Assembly (NCBI GenBank): GCA_964499845.1
Contig: CAZCMJ010000001.1
Coordinates: 1,439 to 65,438 of the forward strand
Direction of reading: 5' to 3'
Length of the DNA: 64,000 nt
Origin: an uncultured Methanomassiliicoccales archaeon
Lineage (GTDB): Archaea; Thermoplasmatota; Thermoplasmata; Methanomassiliicoccales; Methanomethylophilaceae
Shown: positions 44,368-53,984 of the stretch, in pieces
Layout: each line of letters begins with the position of its first letter
Numbering within the stretch: position 1 is the first letter of the stretch
The notes under the pieces: generated by a model
What the model saw: the letters and a program-made list of their open reading frames with translations, nothing else
Databases searched by the model: none
Told to the model about the DNA's origin: nothing
Position numbers and translations under genes: made by a program

Positions 44368-44688
44368 GTGAAGATGGTTGTGGCGGTGATAAGGCCGGAG
44401 AAGCTGCAGAATGTGAAGGATGCCCTCGCGGGGATTGGTGTCCGTGGGATGACGATCACCCACGTCACCGGCCGCGGGGAGCAGATGGGCCTGAGGTTCA
44501 CCAACAGGGTCGGTGAGTTCACCGTGGATGAGATCGAGAAGGTCAAGGTGGAGACGGTGGTGGAGGATGATCAGGTCGATACGGTGATCGATGTCATAAG
44601 GGAGGTCGCAGGCACAGGGCATCCCGGGGACGGGAGGATATTCGTGATCCTGGTGGAGAGGTCGGTGAGGATCAGGGCGGACGAATGA
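44368..44688 (+). CDS. glnK: P-II nitrogen regulatory protein
   Basis: 106 aa. MKMVVAVIRPEKLQNVKDALAGIGVRGMTITHVTGRGEQ (P-II fold and T-loop), immediately after amt. Confidence 0.9.
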   Translation: MKMVVAVIRPEKLQNVKDALAGIGVRGMTITHVTGRGEQMGLRFTNRVGEFTVDEIEKVKVETVVEDDQVDTVIDVIREVAGTGHPGDGRIFVILVERSVRIRADE

Positions 44689-44779
44689 GGTCCGGCACGG
44701 GGCCGATACAGCGATATCGGTCCCGGAAAACACCTTCTTCATCGGAATACGGTGATGATGACGGAATGATGAAAAAGGA

Positions 44780-44857
44780 TGGTAGCGAGGGGTCGATTTG
44801 AACGACCGATCTCCGGGTTATGAGCCCGACGGGATATCCTGGCTACCCCACCTCGCT
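44780..44857 (-). tRNA. initiator tRNA-Met (anticodon CAU), CCA encoded
   Basis: A1:U72 acceptor (AGCGAGG/CCTCGCT), anticodon arm TCGGG-CTCATAA-CCCGG with three consecutive G-C pairs, T arm GGTCG-TTCAAAT-CGACC. TATA TTTATATA lies upstream. Confidence 0.8.
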
Positions 44858-45257
44858 ATAAATGGTGCTAAGGTGGTCTTGTATATAAACATATCTGGAA
44901 ACCGAGTCATGACCGGACCATTCGGATCCAGAACTGTCTGCATCCATCGGTCGGATGCATGCGGTCACAGTTGCCTTCTGCTATGATGTAGGTGTCCCTG
45001 ACGCCCCATCCGATCGACAGATCCCCTCGGAAGGGGGACGGGGTTGATACAACGGGTGTCGGACAGAAGGTCATCACCGTTGCCGTTGTGGTGATCGCCA
45101 CCCCGACGGTCGTCATTCAGGACGGGAAGGCCGTCTTCGGGGGACACATCCGAACTACTTGATGGGTCCACGATCGATTCCGAGGCTATTCCAATGATTT
45201 CATCAAAATGAGGTCGGGGGTGCCCCATGGTATGGTGGGGTGACCCCTTCCGACCGT

Positions 45258-45590
45258 TCAGAAGAGTTTCTTGAGGAACATCAGGTCGTTGATGTTTCCT
45301 TTGACCTGGATCTTCTTGAGGACGTATGCCCTCATGGGTCTGAGTGTGCCGTCGATGAGCCCCTGGAGGTTCTCGGCGGTGGTGGTGACCGTCACATCGG
45401 CGTTCTCGAGGAGTTCGGGCTCGAAGTGGTGGATCCTCGAATCCTTGAGTTTGAGAGAGTACTTCTCATCCCCGAGGTCGAGGTTGAACGACTTCTCGAG
45501 GTGTTCAATCTCCTTCCTGATCTTCTCGTCCGATTCCATCTTGGCGTGGAATCTGTCGATGACGTGCTGAATCTCTGCCTGCATACTCAT
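45258..45590 (-). CDS. SCP2 (sterol-carrier-like) domain protein
   Basis: MSMQAEIQ start at 45590. The C-terminal ENLQGLIDGTLRPMRAYVLKKIQVKGNINDLMFLKKLF is the typical SCP2 end. Confidence 0.7.
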   Translation of the reverse strand: MSMQAEIQHVIDRFHAKMESDEKIRKEIEHLEKSFNLDLGDEKYSLKLKDSRIHHFEPELLENADVTVTTTAENLQGLIDGTLRPMRAYVLKKIQVKGNINDLMFLKKLF

Positions 45591-45594
45591 GATC

Positions 45595-46239
45595 TCACCA
45601 ATCACTGATCTTCGTGTTCGCCCTGGCAGAAAGCATCTTCCTGACCGGTTCCCATGAACATCTGACATGCTCCGGTGCCTTTCCGTTGTCCTTTATCCAT
45701 TGGGCGATGAAATCCATTGTGTAATGGTCGCTGGGGTAGCCGCTCCCTATGTTCACGTCGTACTCCCTGCGGATGTCGTCCAGCATCCTGTCCCTTGTCA
45801 CCTTTGCGACGATGGATGCAGCGGACACCACAGGGTAGGTGTCGTCCGCTTTATGCTTTGCGACAACGGTCACGTCGGGACCGAGGAGTTTGGACAGCCT
45901 CTCGGTGAATGACACCTCGTTCACGTCCGGACAATCCGCATACACGGCATCACGGGGTTGTGACGAGACCGCCTCGGCGAACATCCTGAGTTCGACCTCG
46001 TTCAGGGACATCTCCTCCCTGCGGGAGTCCACATCCGCGGCGGTGGCGATGACCACGTTCCAGTACGGGACGGATCCGGTGATCTCCTCGTACATGGCCT
46101 CGCGCCTCTTGGGTGTGAGCTTCTTGGAGTCCTTGACGCCTATGTCCCTCAGGACGGAATCGTCCTCCACGAACACAGTGCCGACCACGAGGGGTCCCAT
46201 GACGGATCCACGACCCGCCTCATCAACACCACAGAACAT
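45595..46239 (-). CDS. rnhB: ribonuclease HII
   Basis: 214 aa. MFCGVDEAGRGSVMGPLVV and DSKKLTPKRRE motifs. Confidence 0.9.
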   Translation of the reverse strand: MFCGVDEAGRGSVMGPLVVGTVFVEDDSVLRDIGVKDSKKLTPKRREAMYEEITGSVPYWNVVIATAADVDSRREEMSLNEVELRMFAEAVSSQPRDAVYADCPDVNEVSFTERLSKLLGPDVTVVAKHKADDTYPVVSAASIVAKVTRDRMLDDIRREYDVNIGSGYPSDHYTMDFIAQWIKDNGKAPEHVRCSWEPVRKMLSARANTKISDW

Positions 46240-46309
46240 GTGAAACCAACCAACGGGTTCCGTTGTAGATGTATATCATTTAAGATTGTTTTGTCATTCC
46301 ACCTTCTCA

Positions 46310-47197
46310 ATGACATTGAAATGCGATCTCCAGTACGGCAAAGGGGAGGCCGGGTACAAACTCACCCGCGTGGGTGTGAGGGGCGTACGCAAGCCCGTCC
46401 TCGTCAAGAGGGATGGTATCAACAGCACCCTCAACAACGCACTGAACTGCTCAATCGACATTTTCGTCGACCTTCCCGCGAGCCAGAAGGGGTCGCACAT
46501 GTCCAGGAACGTCGAGGTCCTCAACGAGGTCGTCAGCGAGAGTGTCTGCGAACCCATCACCGGATTGGAGGATATGGCCGCGAGCATGTGCAGGAAGCTC
46601 CTGGTCCATCACGAGTACGCACAGACCGCAGAGGTCAGCATCTCGGCCGAGTACTTCCGCAACTCCAAGACCCCCCTTGGGAGGGACACCTTCGAGATCT
46701 ACACCCTGATGGCCGGCGGTAGGATCCAGCGCGACGGACCCCTTGTGAAGAGGATTGGTGTGAAGGTCCTGGGCATGACCGCATGCCCCTGTGGACAGCA
46801 GACCGTCACTGAGATGCTGGAGTTCGAGGGGGACATGCCGGTGATGACGCACAATCAGAGGAATGTGTGCACACTGAACGTCACCCTCCCCGAGGACTGC
46901 AGCCTGGAGGCCGATGAGCTGATCGACTTGGTCCAGGATTCGTTCTCGTCACCCACGTTCGAGCTCCTCAAGAGGCCCGACGAGGGACAGGTGATCATCA
47001 ACGCCCACAGGAACACCAAGTTCGTGGAGGATGTGGTCAGGGGTGTCCTGAAGAGGTTCGTCGAGAGGTACACCGATCTTCCGGACGATGTTTACGTCGA
47101 TGTCCTCAGCGAGTCCGAGGAGTCCATCCACAAGCACAACGCATTCGCTGAGAGGGAGTCCACCCTCGGGGAGCTCCGTGCGGAGAACTCCAACTGA
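46310..47197 (+). CDS. mptA: GTP cyclohydrolase MptA (FolE2 family)
   Basis: LPASQKGSHMSRN, GMTACPC and MTHNQR motifs. ATG 46310 lies within the track ORF. Confidence 0.85.
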   Translation: MTLKCDLQYGKGEAGYKLTRVGVRGVRKPVLVKRDGINSTLNNALNCSIDIFVDLPASQKGSHMSRNVEVLNEVVSESVCEPITGLEDMAASMCRKLLVHHEYAQTAEVSISAEYFRNSKTPLGRDTFEIYTLMAGGRIQRDGPLVKRIGVKVLGMTACPCGQQTVTEMLEFEGDMPVMTHNQRNVCTLNVTLPEDCSLEADELIDLVQDSFSSPTFELLKRPDEGQVIINAHRNTKFVEDVVRGVLKRFVERYTDLPDDVYVDVLSESEESIHKHNAFAERESTLGELRAENSN

Positions 47198-47245
47198 AAC
47201 CCTGCGATCAGTTTTCTGAATGAAAAACGGGATCGGGAAGGAGGA

Positions 47246-48013
47246 TCACTCCTCCGACCCTATCCTCTCAAGTTTGACATCCATCACGGAGATGTCCGAG
47301 ACGTAGATGTCGTCGGGGCGGTCCAGATCGTCCAGGCATCCCACCCAGTACACGACCAGTCCGGGTCCGAACAGCTGCGTGTAGGGTACGAGCTGCTTCC
47401 TGGAGTTGAATCTGAACTCGGTGTTGTCCCCGAAGGATGCCTTGCTCTCGACCCAGTAGATCTTCTTGCCGTTGTAGATCACCGGCTCGTCCAGGAGGCA
47501 GTCGGGGGTCTTGGTGAACTCCGTCCCGCGGAGGTCGTTCTCCGTGCGGTATGTGATGCCCTGTCCGTCCAGCCACTGGTGGAGGAGGTCCTCTCCCCAG
47601 AGTCCGCGTTCCCTCTGCCTGTCGTTGGCATCGGGGGAGTAGACTATGTCGTTGGCGATCGCCTCACGCACCTCGGCGGCGGTCTCCTCGCTCTCGAGGA
47701 GGTCGGGATCGTTGATGTAGCTCCAGAACTCCTTCTTGGATGCTCCGTCCTCCAGGAAGATGAACATCGCCGTGAGGATCGGAGGGAACCTGTACTTCTC
47801 GGAGAGCTCCATGATGGACTTCCCTTTGCTCCACTCCTTCAGCATCCGAGGGGTGTTCTGCTTGACTACGTAGAACCTCTTCTTGACCTCCCTGCTGGTC
47901 TTCTGTGTGAACAGGGTGTCCAGGAGCCTCTCGTCGTATCTGTCGGCGAGGGCCCTGACGTCCTTGGCCGTCCTGAGGCTGTTGTAGAGTTCCTTGTACT
48001 CCTCGTACTTCAC
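47246..48013 (-). CDS. TPD-motif domain protein (CDIN1/C15orf41-like, restriction-endonuclease-like fold)
   Basis: 255 aa. An N-terminal helical region is followed by ...GTEFTKTPDCLLDEPVIYNGKKIYWVESKASFG (TPD motif followed by E-x-K). Confidence 0.6.
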   Translation of the reverse strand: MKYEEYKELYNSLRTAKDVRALADRYDERLLDTLFTQKTSREVKKRFYVVKQNTPRMLKEWSKGKSIMELSEKYRFPPILTAMFIFLEDGASKKEFWSYINDPDLLESEETAAEVREAIANDIVYSPDANDRQRERGLWGEDLLHQWLDGQGITYRTENDLRGTEFTKTPDCLLDEPVIYNGKKIYWVESKASFGDNTEFRFNSRKQLVPYTQLFGPGLVVYWVGCLDDLDRPDDIYVSDISVMDVKLERIGSEE

Positions 48014-48017
48014 CCTA

Positions 48018-49370
48018 TCACTGGCCGAGGTTCTTGCAGAGGTCCTCGACTGCGGAGATCACGACATCCCTCACCATGGATGTGGGGGGACAGTAGGCGT
48101 TCTCCGAGCGCATGAGGAAGTCCTCCGCGGTCATTCCGTTGATAGCTGCGGCGGTGAGCCAATCGATACGGCCCGTCGCCTCCTCGCCGGCAATGATCTG
48201 TGCACCGATGATCCTGTGCGTGGTCCTGTCGGCGAGCACCTTGACCCTGAGCTCCTTCCCGCCGGGGTAGTACCTGGCGCGGGTGAGTCCCTTGGCCTGT
48301 CCGGTGACGACGTCGATGCCGTACCAGGATGCGAGTCCGAGGGAGAGTCCGGTACCTGCAATCTGCTTGTCCCCGATGACGCTCACCCAAGGGCTTGCGA
48401 CGGGTCCGAAGAGCATCTTCTCCTGAGAGACCGCATTGTTCCCTGCGATACGTCCCTGCTTCACGGCGGTGGAGCCGAGTTGGCTCATGGTGGGGCCGGG
48501 CATGATGGCGGATTCGCACTGCACGAGGTCTCCGGCGACGTAGATATCGGGCACGAGGCGTCCCCTCCTGTAGGGCTGGAGTGTGGGGGACACCACCAGT
48601 GCGTTGAGGCATCCGATGTCGAATCCCAGTGCCTTGGGAATGTCCAGGTTGGCACGGATCCCGGTGGCGAAGACCATGACGTCGCAGGGGTACTCCTTCC
48701 CGTCTGCGGTGACGCTGGTGACCTTCCCGGTACCGTTGACAGCCTGTATGGGGGCTTTCATGACGAATTTGATGCCCTTCTCCTCGAGGTGGGCCTGGAT
48801 CTCGTCGGCCATGTCCTTGTCCGCGATACGAGGGATGACCTGGTCCATCATCTCGATGATCGTGACGTCCTTGCCCATTCCTCTGAGGGAGACGGCGAGC
48901 TCGAGTCCGATGACACCCGCACCTCCGATGATGACGTTCTGTGCACCCTCCAATGCGGCCTGGATCCTCTTGCCGTCCTGTATTGTCCTGACGATGAACA
49001 CGTTGCCCAGGTCGGCACCCTGGATCGGGGGCACGAAGACCCTTCCGCCGGTGGCGATGACCAATGAATCGTAACTGTAGCTCCTTCCGCCCGCGGTGAC
49101 CGTCTTGGCGGCCTCGTCCACGGACTCGACCTTCGTTCCGGTGTACACCTTTATCCCGCGCTCCTTCTCGTAGAAGTCGGGTGTGTGCATGACGATGTCG
49201 GTCCAGGCGCTCTTGCCCTCGATGCCCCAGGGGATGGCGCAGGGCGAGTATGCGATGTCCACATCCTCGGTGAACACGGTGACCTCGCATCCGGGGTCCT
49301 TCTCTTTAGCGGTGGAGGCCGCGGTCATTCCGGCGGCTCCCGATCCGATGACAATGATTGACTTAGCCAT
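48018..49370 (-). CDS. pyridine nucleotide-disulfide oxidoreductase (NADH oxidase / CoA-disulfide reductase family)
   Basis: MAKSIIVIGSGAAGMTAA FAD loop, redox Cys in YSPCAIP, and a second dinucleotide loop IIGGAGVIGLE. ATG 49370. Confidence 0.8.
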   Translation of the reverse strand: MAKSIIVIGSGAAGMTAASTAKEKDPGCEVTVFTEDVDIAYSPCAIPWGIEGKSAWTDIVMHTPDFYEKERGIKVYTGTKVESVDEAAKTVTAGGRSYSYDSLVIATGGRVFVPPIQGADLGNVFIVRTIQDGKRIQAALEGAQNVIIGGAGVIGLELAVSLRGMGKDVTIIEMMDQVIPRIADKDMADEIQAHLEEKGIKFVMKAPIQAVNGTGKVTSVTADGKEYPCDVMVFATGIRANLDIPKALGFDIGCLNALVVSPTLQPYRRGRLVPDIYVAGDLVQCESAIMPGPTMSQLGSTAVKQGRIAGNNAVSQEKMLFGPVASPWVSVIGDKQIAGTGLSLGLASWYGIDVVTGQAKGLTRARYYPGGKELRVKVLADRTTHRIIGAQIIAGEEATGRIDWLTAAAINGMTAEDFLMRSENAYCPPTSMVRDVVISAVEDLCKNLGQ

Positions 49371-49602
49371 GTGGCTTACCGATTTTCGAATAGGGGGGTT
49401 GGATAAATACATTGTCAGGTGCGTACGCGCGAGGTTTTAGGGGGCATCCGGAGGCCGTTCACACGGTCTGGCACATGGGGCGGTGCGCTCCTGTCCGGTA
49501 CGGATACGGGAGGTCATGTCCGCATTCCCCGGGACCCGCCCTCCACCCCCAAGAGCATTTATCCATGTTCGGGATACCAAACGCCATAGGAAGGTATCCA
49601 GG

Positions 49603-50595
49603 ATGAAGGAGAAACGTTCCCCGTCACAGCTCGAGGCCCTTTGGAAGGAGAGCGATATGGCGGACGGCGAGAAGGTCGACGCCATGGTCGTGATCATGCG
49701 CACCAACGGTTGCTGTTGGGTCAAGAGCGGAGGATGCACCATGTGCGGATACAGGGAGGCATCGCTCAGCAACGTCACGGAGGAAGACCTCTCCAAGCAG
49801 TTGGAGCAGGCCCTGTCTCGTTACAAGGGCGAGCCCTTCGTGAAGATCTACACGTCGGGGAGTTTCCTCGACGACAACGAGGTCCCGCCGGAGATGAGGA
49901 GGAGGATCCTGGACGCGTTCTCCGGATGCAGGCGCATCCTGTTCGAGAGCCGTCCCGAATTCATTACACCCGAGTCGGTCCGCGACCTGCCCAAGAACGT
50001 CACCGTGGCCCTGGGGCTCGAGAGCTCCGACCCCGAAGTGCTCAGGACATCGGTCCGCAAGGGGTTCACCCCCGACGACATCATGAGGGCCGGGACCCTG
50101 CTCAAGGAATCCGGACTGGGGGTGAGGACCTATCTGCTCCTGAAGCCCCCGTTCATGACGGAGGCCATGGCCATAGAGGACGCGGTCAGGTCCGCAAGGT
50201 TCGCCGCCCCCTTCTCCGACGAGATATCGATCAACCCCCTGAACGTCCAGAGGGCCACATACGTGGAGCGCCTCTGGAAGAGAGGGGAGTTCAGGTCCCC
50301 GTGGATCTGGTCCCTGGTGGAGGTGTTCAGGCAGCTGTCTGGCACAGTGGATGCGAGGCTCATGTCGTCACCCTCCGGAGGGGGCGCCATGAGAGGTGTC
50401 CACAACTGCGGCGAATGCGACAGGAAGGTCCTCGACGCCATAGAGAGCTTCAGCTTCACCCAGGACATCACCGACCTGGACATAACATGCAAGTGCACGG
50501 ACAGATGGGGCGCGTACCTCAGGTCCGAGACCCTCCTGGGATCCCCCGCGGACCTGGACAGGGACTTCGAAAACGAATTAGTTCTGAGGATGTGA
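49603..50595 (+). CDS. radical SAM protein of the archaeosine-biosynthesis RaSEA type
   Basis: ATG 49603. Atypical cluster NGCCWVKSGGCTMCGY, then KIYTSGSFLD and ESRPEF blocks. Confidence 0.7.
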   Translation: MKEKRSPSQLEALWKESDMADGEKVDAMVVIMRTNGCCWVKSGGCTMCGYREASLSNVTEEDLSKQLEQALSRYKGEPFVKIYTSGSFLDDNEVPPEMRRRILDAFSGCRRILFESRPEFITPESVRDLPKNVTVALGLESSDPEVLRTSVRKGFTPDDIMRAGTLLKESGLGVRTYLLLKPPFMTEAMAIEDAVRSARFAAPFSDEISINPLNVQRATYVERLWKRGEFRSPWIWSLVEVFRQLSGTVDARLMSSPSGGGAMRGVHNCGECDRKVLDAIESFSFTQDITDLDITCKCTDRWGAYLRSETLLGSPADLDRDFENELVLRM

Positions 50596-50599
50596 ACAC

Positions 50600-50923
50600 A
50601 TGGACTACGACATCAAGAAAGGATGGTACAAGAACATCGAGGGCGACCTCCTGGCACAGCTGATGCAGGAGGTCTTCGGAAACGTCACCGCCGAGGGCGA
50701 CCTGCTGGTCTCCTCTTACGGTGTCCTGGACCGCATCGAGGTCAAGATCCTCGCCAAGGACAAGATGGAGATCGTCACCGTCAACAAAGCCGGGGACGCC
50801 ACCGACGACGAGATCCTCGACAGCAAGAGGAGGCTCAACGCCTTTGCGGAGAAGGCCACCGGGTTCGACGCCAAGGCCCGTATGAAGAGGGCGCAGAAGA
50901 AGGCCAAGGAAGGCAAGCTCTGA
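50600..50923 (+). CDS. small conserved archaeal protein of unknown function (possibly DUF5611-like), basic C-tail
   Basis: 107-aa ORF with good coding bias, 4 nt after the radical SAM gene. Confidence 0.5.
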   Translation: MDYDIKKGWYKNIEGDLLAQLMQEVFGNVTAEGDLLVSSYGVLDRIEVKILAKDKMEIVTVNKAGDATDDEILDSKRRLNAFAEKATGFDAKARMKRAQKKAKEGKL

Positions 50924-50931
50924 TGACGGGT

Positions 50932-50968
50932 CCCGGGTACATCCCCGGGGCCTCTCTCAAACATTTTT
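50932..50968 (+). terminator. hairpin plus oligo-T after the small ORF
   Basis: CCCGGG-TACATC-CCCGGG (50932-50949), then a TTTTTT run at 50963-50968. Confidence 0.45.
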
Positions 50969-51212
50969 TACCCGCGTTTGTAATTAATAATAAGACGCGA
51001 GGGTAGTTTTAAATAGTATACCCGTATACGACCGAATTAGATTGGACATAATAGTGTCCGACCAGACGCACCGGGCAATGCGAAACGCAACCCATGTCCG
51101 TCCCGTATCCGTTAGATTCTGGGGACGATCGAGGCGTCACGGTCGGAGCATTAAGACGTTCGTCTGATAAATCGCGAGGTTAGCGAAGAGACCCTCGCAG
51201 GTATGTGTAAAT

Positions 51213-52211
51213 ATGCCGCAAAGAAGACGTCCCAAGAGAGGATCTAGGGCATACGGCCCTAGGAAGAGAGCACAGTCGCAGACGCCTAGGCTCGACTCGT
51301 GGCCCGAGATCAGCGGAGCCCCTAAAATCCAGGGATTCGCTGGTTACAAGGCCGGTATGACTCACGCGTTCGTCGTTGACAAGCGCGCCAAGAGCACCAC
51401 CTCCGGAATGGAGGTTCAGACCCCCGTGACCGTCGTCGAGGTTCCCCCGATGAAGGTCGCAGCGGTCAGATTCTACGAGAGCAGCATCGTCGGACTGAAG
51501 ACAGCGGGAGAGGTTTGGGCAAAGGATCTCGAGCCCCTTCTCGACAAGCGCCTCAACGTTCCCAAGAACCACGACGAAGCCTCCTTCGCAAGGTACGACG
51601 GTGTCGACATCGAGGATGTACGTGTCCTCGTGTACACCCAGCCCAAGCTGGTCTCCGGAGTCCCCAAGAAGGTCCCCGACCTCATGGAGCTCAGGATCGG
51701 AGGCGGAACCATCGACGAGAGGGTCGCATATGCAAAGCAGATCCTCGGAACCGAGGTCAACTTCACCGACTTCAGCGCCGAGGGAACCCTGATCGATGTC
51801 ATCGCAGTCACCAAAGGAAAGGGATTCCAGGGTGTCACCAAGCGCTGGGGTGTCAAGCTCCTGTCCCACAGGAACAGCAAGCACCGCCGCGGAATCGGTA
51901 ACCTTGGTCCCAAGAGACCCGGATACGTCAGGTCCACAGTGCCCGGATCCGGTCAGATGGGATACCACCAGAGGACCGAGTTCAACAAGAAGGTCATCAA
52001 GGTCGGAACCGAGGGTGCCGAGATCACCCCCAAGGGAGGATTCCTCAACTATGGAGAGGTCAGGAACACCTACGTCCTCATCCACGGATCCGTTCCCGGA
52101 CCCACCAAGAGGCTCATCAGGTTCAGAGATGCAACCAGACTCCCCAAGGGAGCAACAACCGAGGCAGTCGACGTCACCTATGTGTCGACCGAGTCCAAGC
52201 AGGGGGCATGA
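51213..52211 (+). CDS. rpl3: 50S ribosomal protein L3 (uL3)
   Basis: MPQRRRPKRGSRAYGPRKRA...FAGYKAGMTH; first gene of the cluster. Confidence 0.95.
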   Translation: MPQRRRPKRGSRAYGPRKRAQSQTPRLDSWPEISGAPKIQGFAGYKAGMTHAFVVDKRAKSTTSGMEVQTPVTVVEVPPMKVAAVRFYESSIVGLKTAGEVWAKDLEPLLDKRLNVPKNHDEASFARYDGVDIEDVRVLVYTQPKLVSGVPKKVPDLMELRIGGGTIDERVAYAKQILGTEVNFTDFSAEGTLIDVIAVTKGKGFQGVTKRWGVKLLSHRNSKHRRGIGNLGPKRPGYVRSTVPGSGQMGYHQRTEFNKKVIKVGTEGAEITPKGGFLNYGEVRNTYVLIHGSVPGPTKRLIRFRDATRLPKGATTEAVDVTYVSTESKQGA

Positions 52212-52216
52212 GTTAA

Positions 52217-52993
52217 ATGACAACCACAAATGTTTACGCAGTTAACGGAGGAGTCGCCGGAACCGTCGACGTCCCCGCAGCGTTCGCCACCCCCTACAGG
52301 CCTGACATCATCAAGAAAGCAGTCCTCGCAGCTGCCGCCAACAAGAGGCAGCCCTACGGACCCGCAGAGGGATCCGGAATGAGGCACTCTGTCAGCACCT
52401 GGGGTAAGGGACGCGGAACAGCCCGTGTCCAGAGGGTCCACGACGGCAGGAAGGCCACCGAGTCCCCCAACAACGTCTCCGGAAGGAGGGCACATCCCCC
52501 GCGCCCGGAGAGGATCTGGGCACAGAAAGTCAACAAGAAAGAGCTGAAGATCGCCCGCCAGTCCGCTCTCGCAGCAACAGCCTGCGCCGAGTGCGTCAAG
52601 GCCCGCGGACACCAGTTCGACGATTCCGTTTCCTTCCCCATCGTGGTCGAGGATGCATTCCAGGACATCGCAGCCACCTCCCAGGTGACCGAGGTCTTCG
52701 AGAAGATCGGAATCGGGTACGATATCGAGCGTGCCAAAGAGGGCCGCAAGATCCGCGCCGGAAGGGGAACCATGAGGAACAGGAAGTACCGCACCCCCGT
52801 CTCCGTGCTCATCGTCATCAAGGACGACGAGAGGTCCGCTGCCATCTTCAAGAGTGCAGCCAACATCCCCGGAGTCACCGTCGAGGAGATCAAGACGCTC
52901 AACACGAGCATCCTGGCACCCGGAGGAGACGCTGGAAGGCTGACAGTCTACACCAAGTCCGCTATCGATGCAATAGGAGGATGGACACAATGA
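52217..52993 (+). CDS. rpl4: 50S ribosomal protein L4 (uL4)
   Basis: 258 aa. GKGRGTARVQR and RAGRGTMRNRKY motifs; position after L3. Confidence 0.95.
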   Translation: MTTTNVYAVNGGVAGTVDVPAAFATPYRPDIIKKAVLAAAANKRQPYGPAEGSGMRHSVSTWGKGRGTARVQRVHDGRKATESPNNVSGRRAHPPRPERIWAQKVNKKELKIARQSALAATACAECVKARGHQFDDSVSFPIVVEDAFQDIAATSQVTEVFEKIGIGYDIERAKEGRKIRAGRGTMRNRKYRTPVSVLIVIKDDERSAAIFKSAANIPGVTVEEIKTLNTSILAPGGDAGRLTVYTKSAIDAIGGWTQ

Positions 52994-53271
52994 AGCAGAG
53001 CGACGTTCTCATCAGACCCTTCGTCACAGAGAAGTCCATGAACCACATGTCCGGAACCCCCACCCAGAAGTTCAAGGATGGAAACAAGATCGAGTTCATC
53101 GTCCACAGGAACGCTGACAAACAGATGATCAAGACCGTCTTCGAGGAGCGCTTCGAGGTCAAGGTCGAGAAGGTCTGGGTCAGAATCCAGAAGGACGGAA
53201 AGCACGCCATCATCAAGCTCGCAGAGGGATACTCTGCAGAGGATGTCGGAATGAGGGTCGGAGTCTTCTGA
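52990..53271 (+). CDS. rpl23: 50S ribosomal protein L23 (uL23)
   Basis: MKQSDVLIRPFVTEKSM... read from the tail of track ORF 52591-53271. ATGA overlap with the L4 stop; an alternative ATG lies at 52981. Confidence 0.9.
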   Translation: MKQSDVLIRPFVTEKSMNHMSGTPTQKFKDGNKIEFIVHRNADKQMIKTVFEERFEVKVEKVWVRIQKDGKHAIIKLAEGYSAEDVGMRVGVF

Positions 53272-53283
53272 AGGTGAGTGAAC

Positions 53284-53979
53284 ATGGGAAAAAGATTGAT
53301 CACACAGAGGAGGGGCCGCGGAACCTCTTTGTACCGCTCGCCCAGCCACAGGCACGTCGACGACGTCAGGCTCCCCGCCTTCAACGAGGGAACCGCTGTC
53401 ATCAAGGATCTGATCCAGGCACCTGGAAGGACATGCCCCCTTGCAGTTCTCGATGTCAACGGAAAGACAGACTACCAGCTCGCAGTCGAGGGAACCAAGG
53501 TCGGACAGACCATCGTCATCGGCGGAACCGAGGTCAGAGCAGGAAACATCACCAAGCTGGCCAAGATCCCTGAGGGAACCCTCATCAACAACGTCGAGGC
53601 AACACCCGGAGACGGCGGAAAGTTCGCCAAGGTCGCCGGAGCCTCCGCAACGGTCGTTTCCAGAGGAGACAAGGTCATGGTCCTCATGCCCTCCGGAGAG
53701 ATCAAGGAGTTCAACCCCAACTGCCGCGCCGCAATCGGTGTCGTCGCAGGTGGAGGAAGGGGCGACAAGCCTCTCGCAAAAGCTGGAAAGAACGTTCTGA
53801 CACTCAGGTCCAGGTCCACCGCCCCCTTCAAGACGAAGGGAGTTGCAATGAACCCTGTCGACCACCCCCACGGAGGAGGAAGCCACGCCCACGTCGGAGG
53901 ACCCAACTGTCAGAAGAGAACCGCATCGCCCGGTCAGAAGGTAGGATTCCTGCCTCCTAAGAAGAAAGTTAAGAAGTGA
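53284..53979 (+). CDS. rpl2: 50S ribosomal protein L2 (uL2)
   Basis: MGKRLITQRRGRG...HPHGGG. SD AAGGTGAG lies upstream. Confidence 0.95.
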   Translation: MGKRLITQRRGRGTSLYRSPSHRHVDDVRLPAFNEGTAVIKDLIQAPGRTCPLAVLDVNGKTDYQLAVEGTKVGQTIVIGGTEVRAGNITKLAKIPEGTLINNVEATPGDGGKFAKVAGASATVVSRGDKVMVLMPSGEIKEFNPNCRAAIGVVAGGGRGDKPLAKAGKNVLTLRSRSTAPFKTKGVAMNPVDHPHGGGSHAHVGGPNCQKRTASPGQKVGFLPPKKKVKK

Positions 53980-53984
53980 TTGCA

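Noticed and set aside
43165-44742. 525-aa minus-strand ORF across amt and glnK
   Set aside because: It is antisense to a clear ammonium transporter and P-II pair. It is Arg/His/Pro/Asp-rich with no domain signature, so it is a shadow ORF.
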